Part shown: positions 39,751 to 48,615 of the stretch, piece after piece
Position numbering within the stretch: position 1 is the stretch's first letter
How the letters are laid out: every line of letters begins with the position of its first letter
From: an uncultured Acidobacteriota bacterium
Lineage (GTDB): Bacteria > Acidobacteriota > Polarisedimenticolia > J045
Direction: 5' to 3'
NCBI GenBank assembly: GCA_963702425.1
Contig: CAVPCQ010000015.1
Coordinates: forward strand, 1 to 64,000
DNA: 64,000 bases
Position numbers and translations under genes: made by a program
The notes under the pieces: model-generated
Database searches by the model: none
Told to the model about the DNA's origin: nothing
The model's input: the letters and a program-made list of their open reading frames with translations, nothing else

Positions 39751-41725
39751 TCAGGAGGACGAAAGGCCGGCCTCTCCTCCGGCATCGGAGTCAGCGTAGC
39801 GCAGCCCCTCGGCCCCTCCCTTGATCCCGAGGTGGCCGGGGAAGGCGCGCCTTGCGGCGACCGGCCGTCCGATCCAGGGCGCCGCGATCGCCAGCGCCCG
39901 CGGATCGTGCGCCAGCGGCCCGCTCAGCAGGCAACCTTCGACCAGCGGGTGGACCGCCGCCAGCAGCTCGGCGGCGATCGCGAACCCGGCCTCGGCCTCG
40001 CGGGACGGATCGCCCGCGGCGGCCATGCGCGCGAGGATCCCGGCGGGCACGGTCACCCCCGGCACCTCGTCGTTGAGGAACTCGGCGTCGCGCAGCGACG
40101 AGAGGATCCGGATCTCGGCGAGGACCGGGATCCGCACCGCCGCGATCCGCTCGAGAAAACGCGCCAGCGCCTCGGCGTCGAACACGGGCCCCGCGACGGC
40201 CCAGCCGACGCCGGCATCGACTTTCCACTCGAAGCGCCGGACCTCCTCGTCCTGGTCGGGCGCGCCGGGCAGCGCCTCGCACCCGGCGAAGAAGCGCGTC
40301 GGCTCGCCGATCGGCACGTCACCGACGTCCAGCCCGTGATTCAGCCGCGCAACCACGTTGGCGAGCCCGATCGCGTCGATGTCGAAGACCGGCCGCGCCC
40401 ACGAGGCCTCGCCCGGCCGCGGCCCCTGCCCCGTGACGAGCATCACGTTGCGCAGGCCCAGCGCGTGCGCGCCGAGCAGGTCCCCCTGCATCCCGAGCAG
40501 GTTGCGGTCGCGGCACGAGTAGCTCAGCACCGTCTCGACGGCGGGGTCGAGCCCCGCTCCAGCACACCGCTTCCCGGGAGAGCAGCGAGGCCAGCGCGAG
40601 CGGGCTCATGCGGGCCGTGACGCGCGGGTCGTCGGGGACGAGGATCGCGTCCACGCCCCCCTTCGCGATCGTCGCGAGCGAGCGGAGCAGCGTCCCGGTC
40701 TCCCAGCCGCGCGGCGGCGCGGCCTCGACCAGCGTCACGAAGCGCCCCTCGACCACCTTGCGCGCCAAGACCGACCGCTCGCGCTCGGGCACCGGGCGGC
40801 GCGGTACGATCGCCGGCGCGGCGACCGCGACGCGCGGGGACAGGCCGGCGGCGCCGGCCGGGCCCAGCACCTCGCGCATCGCCCGGATGTGCTCGGGGGT
40901 CACGCCGCAGCAGCCGCCGACGACGCGCGCGCCGGTTTCGACGAAGCGGCGCACGTAGCGCGCCATGTAGGCCGGCGAGGTCAGGTAGAGCATCCGCCCG
41001 TCGACGCTGCGCGGGATCCCGGCGTTGGGCATCGCGGCCAGCGGGCGAGTGGTGGTCGCGGCGATCGCCTCGAGCACCGACAGCATCGGCGCCGGCCCGA
41101 CCGAGCAGTTGATCCCCACGACGTCGGCGCCGGCGGCGTCGAGCTTCTGCCCGAGCCACTCCGGCGGCACCCCTTCCGGGGTCCGCCCCTCTTCGTTGAC
41201 CGTCATCATCGCGATCACCGGCCGGTCCGATGCGGCCCGCACGGCGCGCACCGCGGCCTGGATCTCGACCAGGTCGCTGAAGGTCTCGAGCACGAAGAGG
41301 TCGACCTCGCCTTCCAGCAACCCCTCGATCTGCTCGTGAAAGAGCGCCACGGCCTCGTCGACGGTCGTCGGCCCCCACGGCTCGAGCCGGATTCCGAGCG
41401 GCCCGATCGCACCGGCGACCCAGCCGCGAGCGCCAGCCGCCCGGCGCGCCGCGCGCGCCCCCTCGCGGTTGATCTCTCGCACGTGGTCGCCGAGGCCGCT
41501 CGCCTCGAGGCGCGGGCGGTTGGCACCGAAGGTGTTGGTCTCGATCGCTTCCGCCCCCGCGAGCAGGAAGTCGCGGTGCACCTCCTCCACCAGCTCGGGG
41601 CGGGTGAGGTTCAGCTCCTCGTAACAGCGATTGAGGAAGACCCCGCGGCCGTACAACTCGGTCCCGGTCCCGCCGTCGAACAGGACCGGGCGCTCGGCCA
41701 GCGCGTCGAGGAAGGAGCGCACCAT
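39751..41725 (-). CDS. yitJ: Bifunctional homocysteine S-methyltransferase / MTHFR-like protein (YitJ type); apparent indel near 40555
   Basis: DGGTGT, ETNTFGAN, GINCSVGP, PNAG and GGCCG in frame 1; CRDRNLLGMQGDLLGAHALG, VFDIDAIGL and KVDAG in frame 2. Confidence 0.88.
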
Positions 41726-41795
41726 GGGCGGGAGGATACCCTCAGGCGCGAGCGGGCGGCAGCGCGGGTCCCGCGGGCGGCCGGCGGCGGCGACC

Positions 41796-42623
41796 CTAGG
41801 TGATCGGCGTCGGATCCCAGCAGGTCCGGAGCCCGCGGTCCAGGGCGTCGATCTCCCGCATCTCGTCCGCGCCGAGTTCGAAATCGAAGACCAGCGCGTT
41901 CTCGTGGATCCGCTCGCGCCGCGTCGACTTCGGAATGACCGAGGTCCCGCGCTGGATCGCCCAGCGGATCATGACCTGCGCCGCCGTCCTGCCGTGGCGC
42001 GCCGCGATCGCGGCGAGCGTCGGGTCGCCCAGTCCCTCCCCGTGAGCCAGGGGGGAATAGGCCGTCAGCACGATCCCGAGCTCGCGGCAGCGGGCGAGCA
42101 GGGCTTCCTGCACGAGGAAGGGGTGGAACTCGACCTGGTTGACGGCCGGGGCGATCTCGGCGTGCTGCATCAGCTCGTCGAGGTGGCGCACGGTGTAGTT
42201 GGAGACGCCGATCGAGCGCGCGCGCCCCTCGCGCTTGAACTCCTCGAGCGCCTTCCACGACTCGAGCCGCCGCCGCTCGACCGGCCAGTGGATCAGGAAC
42301 AGGTCGACGTAGTCGAGGCCGAGCGCCGCCAGGCTGTCCTCGAAGGCCCGCCGCGCGCGGGCCATGCCGTGGTCCTGGTTCCAGAGCTTGGTGACGACGA
42401 AGACCTCCTCGCGCGGCACGCCGCTCTCGCGCAGCGCCTGCCCGACGTCCCCCTCGTTGCCGTAGATCCGTGCGGTGTCGACGTGCCGGTAACCGAGCTG
42501 GAGCGCGTAGCGCACCGCCTCGCGCGTCACCCGTCCCGGCGTCGCCTGCCAGACGCCGAGTCCCAGCACCGGGATCGCCTGGCCGTCGTTGAGCGGAATG
42601 CGTTTATGGAGGGCACCGAGCAC
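41796..42623 (-). CDS. Aldo/keto reductase (AKR5-like)
   Basis: GLGVWQ, DTARIYGNE, TKLW, LIHWP, IGVSNY, NQVEFHP, AYSPL and IPKS. Confidence 0.95.
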   Translation of the reverse strand: MLGALHKRIPLNDGQAIPVLGLGVWQATPGRVTREAVRYALQLGYRHVDTARIYGNEGDVGQALRESGVPREEVFVVTKLWNQDHGMARARRAFEDSLAALGLDYVDLFLIHWPVERRRLESWKALEEFKREGRARSIGVSNYTVRHLDELMQHAEIAPAVNQVEFHPFLVQEALLARCRELGIVLTAYSPLAHGEGLGDPTLAAIAARHGRTAAQVMIRWAIQRGTSVIPKSTRRERIHENALVFDFELGADEMREIDALDRGLRTCWDPTPIT

Positions 42624-42707
42624 GAGGGGCCTCCGCGGGCGTTCCGCCCGCGAAGCAAGAAGCCCCCGGACAGCACCAGGGGCTCCTGCTCCGGGATACG
42701 GACTGGC

Positions 42708-43343
42708 CTATTCGAGAACGAGCAGCTCGACGCGGCGATTCTGGGCCCGACCCTCACGGGTCTGGTTGCTGGCGATCGGGTTCTTCTGGCCGAACGAGAT
42801 CGTCGAAAGCAGGTTGAGCGGGATCCCACGCTCGTAGAGGTAGTCGCGGACCGCGTCGGCCCGCTTCTGGCCCAGCGCGAGATTGTAGGCCTCGCCGCCG
42901 GACGAGTCGGTGTAGCCCTGAATCTCGACGAAGACCATCCGGTCGAACGACTTGACCCGCTCGACGAACTGGTCGAGGACGGCGGCGCCCTGCGGGGTAA
43001 CGGTGTAGCTGTCGGCTCCGAAGCGCATGTCGTTGTTGGTCAGCGTCACCTTCCAGATCACCTTGCCGCGAGCCGCCTTCTCCGCGGCCTCGGCCTTGGT
43101 CATCGCCTCGGTGCCGACCTGCTTGGCCTGTCCCGCCAGCCCCTCGGTGCGTTGGATCTCGGAAGCCAGCTCGGCGTCCTTCTTGTCCAGGTTCTGGATC
43201 TTCTGACCCTGGTCTTCCACCGTCGTCTGGATTCCGTCCACCCGCGAGGTCATCGACGAGACGGTCGTTTCGAACTTCTTGTTGGTGACGCAGCCCACCG
43301 CGAGCAGGGCAAGGCCTGAGGCGAGCAGCAGCCGGTACTTCAT
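42708..43343 (-). CDS. OmpA-domain lipoprotein with coiled-coil stalk
   Basis: GAGGAAGG RBS, lipobox LAVGC, heptad region, then GYTD...YNLALGQKRA...NRRVE. Confidence 0.92.
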   Translation of the reverse strand: MKYRLLLASGLALLAVGCVTNKKFETTVSSMTSRVDGIQTTVEDQGQKIQNLDKKDAELASEIQRTEGLAGQAKQVGTEAMTKAEAAEKAARGKVIWKVTLTNNDMRFGADSYTVTPQGAAVLDQFVERVKSFDRMVFVEIQGYTDSSGGEAYNLALGQKRADAVRDYLYERGIPLNLLSTISFGQKNPIASNQTREGRAQNRRVELLVLE

Positions 43344-43628
43344 GGTTCCTTCCTCCGTGGTTCGATCGACCGCGCCTCGGGCATGACGCGCGGCCGGCCG
43401 GACCCCACCGGGGCGGGGTTCGGCCCTTGACCGGGCGGGAGTATATCCGCGGGCGGTCCCAGGGGGTAACCGAACGGCTGTGAACAGGTTGCGACCGCCA
43501 AGGCAGGGTGACCGCGGAGACTGGCGATTGGCGGGATCTGCGGCTTGCCCGTACCTTTTTGGCGCGGGAAGATTCCGCGCTCTCAAGTGAAAGAGCACAA
43601 ACCGGTTAGCCTGCGAAGTGAGGCCCGG

Positions 43629-44522
43629 ATGATGCCTTCGGTTGGATTGCTTGCGGTGGCCCGGCTCTTGCTTCCCCTGTTCGGGGTGGTGCCCGCGGCG
43701 CTCGACGCGGCAACGGCTGATTCCGGCCCGGCACCGCCCAAGGCCCTGCAGGTCGAGCTCCGGACCGACCTCGGCCCGATCCGGTTGGAGCTCGACCCGG
43801 TGGCCGCCCCCGAAACCGTGGCCCGCTTCCTCGCCCGCGCCGGGCTCGCCCCCGCTCCCGCGGGGGGCGCCCGCTTGTTTCCCTACGCCGGCTCGTGGGT
43901 CTGCGAGCTGCGGGCCCGCGGGTTCGTGGCGTTCGGGTGTGCACCCTACGAGCTGGCCGCCCCCAAGCCGAGGGCGCCGGGAATCGAGCCGCCGACGCCG
44001 GACGAGATCGACGGAACCGCGCTCGAACTTGGGCGGCGGCCGATCGGCGACGTCGCGCAGCGGGACTGGCTCTGGCAGTCGGAGGTCTTTCCGCGCTACG
44101 TCGCGTTGCGCGAGAAAGAGCAGCCGATCCCGCCCGGGCTCGCCACACTCGTGGCGGCAGTCGAAGAGGAAGGTGTCGGAGCGACCGCCCGGCTGAACGG
44201 GATGACGCGCCTGGCCTACCTCGAGGCCCTCGGCTATCGCTACACACCCGGCCGTTCCGCGCGTCCCGTCGAGCGCGGCGCGGTGCTCACGGCGAATCTC
44301 TATCCCGGCGAGGCGGACGAACGGTTCGTCATCGCCTTGACTTCGATCCCCGAGCGGGACGGTCGCGGTACGGTCTTTGGCCGCGTCGTCGACGGCTGGG
44401 AGACCCTGGCCGCCATCGAGAACGTGCCCGTCGAAAAGGGGCACCGACCGCTGTCCCCGATTCGTATTCTGGACGTCACACGCGTCGCCCTTCCGGGCGA
44501 CGATGGGAACCCACATCCATGA
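43629..44522 (+). CDS. Exported cyclophilin-fold protein with a large insertion and degenerate active site
   Basis: LRTDLGPIRLELDPVAAPETVARF at the N-terminus and RGAVLTAN...TVFGRVVDGWETLAAIE at the C-terminus. Confidence 0.75.
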   Translation: MMPSVGLLAVARLLLPLFGVVPAALDAATADSGPAPPKALQVELRTDLGPIRLELDPVAAPETVARFLARAGLAPAPAGGARLFPYAGSWVCELRARGFVAFGCAPYELAAPKPRAPGIEPPTPDEIDGTALELGRRPIGDVAQRDWLWQSEVFPRYVALREKEQPIPPGLATLVAAVEEEGVGATARLNGMTRLAYLEALGYRYTPGRSARPVERGAVLTANLYPGEADERFVIALTSIPERDGRGTVFGRVVDGWETLAAIENVPVEKGHRPLSPIRILDVTRVALPGDDGNPHP

Positions 44523-46501
44523 ACTCTCGGTCCTCCCGTCCGCCCCTCGTCGCGCGCGCCGCGCTCTGCGTCGCGTGCGCCGTCACCAGCGTCCCGGCCT
44601 GGGCCGCCGCCCCGGTTGCGCGGGTCGATCACGGCCCGGCCGCCGTGCCGGACGGCACGATCGATCCGGCGACGCTGCCGGTGTACGTCGCGGAGTCGCA
44701 GGACGGCCGCCGCGTGCCGCGGTTGATCCCGAACGTCTTCCCGGCGCCGGGCGAGATTCCGGCTGGCGCCGCGGGATCCGGGCTCTTCCCGACTCCTGCC
44801 GGTCCCGGAATCACGTACGTGCTGGACGGCATGTCCGGGGCCGAGGGTCTGGGCGACGGTGCAACGCTCGGAACGGACGCGTTTCCGACGATCGACGTGC
44901 GCTTCGACAGCCCGTTCGACGGCAGCACGGCTCCGCCCGACTCGGTCGTGGCGGTCGGGCGGAACCACGCCGTCTCTCTGGTCAACGTGCTGATCGGGAT
45001 CTACGACAAGTCGGGCGTGCTCAAACAGGGACCGTTCTCGCTGCGCAGCTTCTTCGGCATCCCCCCCGGGTGGGGCGATTTCGATCCACTCGCCGTGTAC
45101 GACCCGTTCTCCGACCGCTACATCGTCGCGGTGCTGGCCGACAACGGCTCGGCCTCGGACGCGCGGATCTACATCGCCTTCTCGCAGACCGGCGACGCGA
45201 CCGGCACTTGGAACAAGTACTGGATCGACGCCGACCGCGGCCAGCCCAACATCTGGGCCGACTACGGGTCGATCGGGATCGACCGCAACGCGGTCTACCT
45301 GACGGCGAACATGTTCACCCGCACGAACGGTTTCTCGAACGTCACCCTGTTCGTCTACGACAAGGAGGACGGCTATGCCGGGCGCGCGCTCGACAACACG
45401 CACCTGATCGACGTGCGCACCGCGAGCAACGGATCCCCCTTCCGGTTGCGGCCGGCGTTCGTGGGAGAGGCCGTTCCCGGCGACGCGTACTACCTCGCCC
45501 ACACCGACAACAGCTTCGGCAGCGTGATGAACGTCTTCAAGCTGACGGGCGACCGGTTCGCGTCGCCCACGCTTGCCGCCAGCACGGTGGCACTCCCGGG
45601 GCTGTACTTCGCCCCGGGCAAGGGACGGCAACCGGGCGGCAACCCGGGCGTGGCGACGCTCGGAGCGAATCTCTGGAACGTCTACTACCGTGGCGGCAAG
45701 CTCTGGACCGTGATGTCGGTCGGCGGCTCGAGCGGGATCGCCGCCTGGGTCCACCGGGTCGACGTCGCCGCCGCGCCGTTCACGCGCGAGCAGACCTACC
45801 AAGTCGAAGCGAACAACAGCGACCTCTACTTCCCCCACGTCGTCCCCGACGTCGAGGACAACGACTTCGCCCTCTTCTCGGCCTTCTCCTCCGCATCCGT
45901 CTACCCCAGCGCCCGGTACACCAACGTCTCGGCTGCCGGCGCGGTGCGCTTCGCGGAGAACATGGCGAACGGTACGTTGCGCAACAACTCCGAGCGTCAC
46001 GGCGACTACTTCGCGGTCGGGACGGATCCCAAGGACCCGAATCGCCTCTGGGCCATCGTCCAGTACCATAAGAACAGCACCTTCTCCGGTAACTCGATCA
46101 TCGCGTCGGTACGCTTCGAGGACGTCCCCGTTCCGTCGGGGCCGCCGCCGGTGCCGGATGGCCGGGTCGTCGCCGGGACGCAGGTCCAGCTGCAGCGGGC
46201 GGGCGGGAACGTGACGGTCACTTGGGATGCGACGAGGTGCTCGCCGAGCGGCAACCACCTCGTCTGGTACGACCTGGCGACGATCGCCTCCTACGCGATC
46301 CAGCAGACGACGTGCGGCATCGGGAACTCCGGTGCGTGGACCGGACCGGCTCCGGTCGGCGACGTCGGCGTGCTCGTCGTCAGCGACGACGGCGTCAACA
46401 CCGAGGGCTCGTACGGCCCGAACAGCCAGGGCCAGGAGCGGCCGTCGAGCACCAGCGCCTGCGGCATCACCGCGAAGAGCACCGGCGGCACCTGCCCCTG
46501 A
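44519..46501 (+). CDS. Secreted beta-rich (propeller-like) protein with Cys-Pro-ending C-terminal tail
   Basis: ATG overlaps the upstream TGA; signal peptide; PPDSVVAVGRNH, FDPLAVYDPFSDRY, WADYGSIG and RHGDYFAV..DP motifs. Confidence 0.8.
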   Translation: MNSRSSRPPLVARAALCVACAVTSVPAWAAAPVARVDHGPAAVPDGTIDPATLPVYVAESQDGRRVPRLIPNVFPAPGEIPAGAAGSGLFPTPAGPGITYVLDGMSGAEGLGDGATLGTDAFPTIDVRFDSPFDGSTAPPDSVVAVGRNHAVSLVNVLIGIYDKSGVLKQGPFSLRSFFGIPPGWGDFDPLAVYDPFSDRYIVAVLADNGSASDARIYIAFSQTGDATGTWNKYWIDADRGQPNIWADYGSIGIDRNAVYLTANMFTRTNGFSNVTLFVYDKEDGYAGRALDNTHLIDVRTASNGSPFRLRPAFVGEAVPGDAYYLAHTDNSFGSVMNVFKLTGDRFASPTLAASTVALPGLYFAPGKGRQPGGNPGVATLGANLWNVYYRGGKLWTVMSVGGSSGIAAWVHRVDVAAAPFTREQTYQVEANNSDLYFPHVVPDVEDNDFALFSAFSSASVYPSARYTNVSAAGAVRFAENMANGTLRNNSERHGDYFAVGTDPKDPNRLWAIVQYHKNSTFSGNSIIASVRFEDVPVPSGPPPVPDGRVVAGTQVQLQRAGGNVTVTWDATRCSPSGNHLVWYDLATIASYAIQQTTCGIGNSGAWTGPAPVGDVGVLVVSDDGVNTEGSYGPNSQGQERPSSTSACGITAKSTGGTCP

Positions 46502-46516
46502 TCCCCTCGCGCCTGC

Positions 46517-46542
46517 GGGCCGGCACGGAGGCCGGCCCCTAC
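46517..46542 (-). repeat. Single GTAG-family REP palindrome
   Basis: GGGCCGGCACGGAGGCCGGCCCCTAC, identical to 18539-18564. Confidence 0.85.
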
Positions 46543-46557
46543 GGCTATGATGGCGCC

Positions 46558-47541
46558 ATGCTCGCGATGGTGCTCGAACGCGCGGGCCAACCGCTCGTGC
46601 CGAAGGACCTCCCCGAACCGGTTCCGGGTCCGGGAGACGTGCTGCTCGACGTCCTCGCCTGCGGCATCTGCCGCACCGACCTGCACGTCGTCGACGGCGA
46701 GCTGACGCGGCCGAAGCTGCCCCTCGTGCCCGGCCACCAGGTCGTGGGGCGGGTGCGCGCGACGGGCTCCGGGGTGACCGGCCTGGCCGCGGGAGACCGC
46801 GTCGGCGTCCCCTGGCTGGGCTGGACCTGCGGGAACTGCCCCGCCTGTGCGCGCGGTCGCGAAAATCTCTGCCCGGCCGCCCGCTTCACGGGCTACGACC
46901 GCGACGGCGGCTTCGCCGAGCGCTGCCTCGCCGACGCGCGCTACTGCTTTCCGGTCCCGGCGGGCTATCCCGACCTCCAGGCGGCACCCCTGCTGTGCGC
47001 CGGCCTGATCGGCTATCGCGCGCTCTCGCTGGCCGGCGACGCGACGGTGCTCGGCCTCTACGGCTTCGGCGCCGCGGCGCACATCGTGATCCAGCTCGCA
47101 CGGTACCAGGGACGCCGCGTGTTCGCGTTCACCCGGCGCGGCGACCTCGCCGCGCAGCGCTTCGCCCGTGCGCTGGGTGCGGAGTGGACCGGCGCGAGCG
47201 AGGACGCCCCTCCGGAGCCGCTCGACGCCGCGCTGCTGTTCGCTCCGGTCGGCGCACTCGTGCCGCTCGCGCTGCGGGCGGTCGCGCCCGGCGGTACCGT
47301 CGTCTGCGCCGGGATCCACATGAGCGACATCCCTTCCTTCCCGTACGCGGCACTGTGGGGCGAGCGTCGGATCGTGTCGGTCGCCAACCTCACGCGGCGT
47401 GACGGCGAGGAGTTCCTCGCGCTCGCACCGGACGTCCCGGTGCGGACCGAGGTGACGGTCTTCCCGCTCGCCGCGGCCAACGCGGCGCTGGCCGCGCTGC
47501 GCGACGGGCGTCTCGTGGGCGCCGGCGTGCTGCGGCCCTGA
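46558..47541 (+). CDS. Zinc-dependent alcohol dehydrogenase family protein
   Basis: CGICRTDLH, PGHQVVG, structural-Zn CxxCxxCx7C, APLLCAG and GLYGFG. Confidence 0.93.
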   Translation: MLAMVLERAGQPLVPKDLPEPVPGPGDVLLDVLACGICRTDLHVVDGELTRPKLPLVPGHQVVGRVRATGSGVTGLAAGDRVGVPWLGWTCGNCPACARGRENLCPAARFTGYDRDGGFAERCLADARYCFPVPAGYPDLQAAPLLCAGLIGYRALSLAGDATVLGLYGFGAAAHIVIQLARYQGRRVFAFTRRGDLAAQRFARALGAEWTGASEDAPPEPLDAALLFAPVGALVPLALRAVAPGGTVVCAGIHMSDIPSFPYAALWGERRIVSVANLTRRDGEEFLALAPDVPVRTEVTVFPLAAANAALAALRDGRLVGAGVLRP

Positions 47542-47550
47542 CGTCGGGCT

Positions 47551-48615
47551 CTACTCGTAGCCCTGGCGGGCCAGGACGTCGAGCCCCTTGCGATTGACTT
47601 CGACCTTGATCGGGCGGTAGGTACCGTTCGGCGGCCGCAGCGGCTTGAACCCCAGCCAGTACTGGTGCCGGAGGTCCTTGCGGATGGCAACCGCGGCCTT
47701 GTCGGTCTCGAAGAAGTCCTTGGCCAGGAAGAAGCGGCCTCCGGTCAGGCGCGCGATCTCGCGCAGCGGCCGGAGCGGCGTGGCCTGGGCCCGCTTCTCC
47801 TGGATCACGCGGTCCTCGCCGACCAGCGCGACGACGTAGATCGGCACCCCGATCGAGCGTGCCGCGCGGACCGCGTCGGCCTTCTCCTTCTCGCTCGAGT
47901 TGTCGAGCCCGTCCGTGACGAGCACGATCGCCTGCCGCTCCCCGGGCGCCGGCGGCAGCTGGGCCGCCGCGTCGTAGAGCGCGTCGATGATCGCGGTCCG
48001 GCCCTCGCGCCGGAGCGAGATGGCGGTGTCGAGCAGCGAGAACGGCTCTTCGGTCCAGTCGCCGTGCTGCTGTACGCCGTCCGCCGCGAACGAGAGCATC
48101 ATCAGCTCGTCGCCGCTGCGGAACTTCCAGAACAGGGTTTCCAGCGCGTCGCGCGTCCGCTGCTTCTGCAGCGGCGTGCCCATCGAGCCCGAGGTGTCGA
48201 GCAGCAGGACGACCCGTGCCGGCCTGTCGGTCTCCTCCGAGAACCAGGCGAGCGGGCGCCCGCGCCCCTCCTCCAGCACCTTGAAGTTCCGGGCCTTGAG
48301 TCCGCGGACCGGCCGGCCGCGCTTGTCGACGACGACCGAGGCCAGCATGACCATCGAGACGTCGACCTGTTCGGTGGGCAGGCCATCCATCACCTCCGCC
48401 AGCTCGGCGTCGGTGAGCGGCGGGCCTCCGGCATTGACGCGATCGAGCAGCGCCCGCGCGCGCTGCGCCTTGTCGACGGCCGCCGCGGGAGGAGTGGACG
48501 CGGGCCGAGCCGGGGCCACCGGCGCGGCGAGCGCGCCCGTGGCGAGACTGGCGAGGAGGGCGAGGTGCGCGAGGAACCGGGACACCGCGGACGCCCGCCG
48601 GGCGAGGACGGTCAC
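47551..48615 (-). CDS. Exported VWA-domain protein (acidobacterial VWFA-related type)
   Basis: Signal peptide; VVDKRGRPVRGL..NFKVLEEG, MIDAS DTSGS...T...TDG, TGGR and LRHQYWLGFKP. Confidence 0.88.
   Translation of the reverse strand: MTVLARRASAVSRFLAHLALLASLATGALAAPVAPARPASTPPAAAVDKAQRARALLDRVNAGGPPLTDAELAEVMDGLPTEQVDVSMVMLASVVVDKRGRPVRGLKARNFKVLEEGRGRPLAWFSEETDRPARVVLLLDTSGSMGTPLQKQRTRDALETLFWKFRSGDELMMLSFAADGVQQHGDWTEEPFSLLDTAISLRREGRTAIIDALYDAAAQLPPAPGERQAIVLVTDGLDNSSEKEKADAVRAARSIGVPIYVVALVGEDRVIQEKRAQATPLRPLREIARLTGGRFFLAKDFFETDKAAVAIRKDLRHQYWLGFKPLRPPNGTYRPIKVEVNRKGLDVLARQGYE

Noticed and set aside
41726-41795. SAM or other riboswitch upstream of yitJ
   Set aside because: The gap is only 70 bp, has no SAM-I core, and a -10-like hexamer sits 7 nt from the ATG, leaving no room for a leader.
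43344-43628. c-di-GMP riboswitch or ncRNA in the divergent intergenic region
   Set aside because: Only a short GGGGTAACCGA resemblance and a small hairpin are present; the conserved GEMM P2/P3 elements are not.
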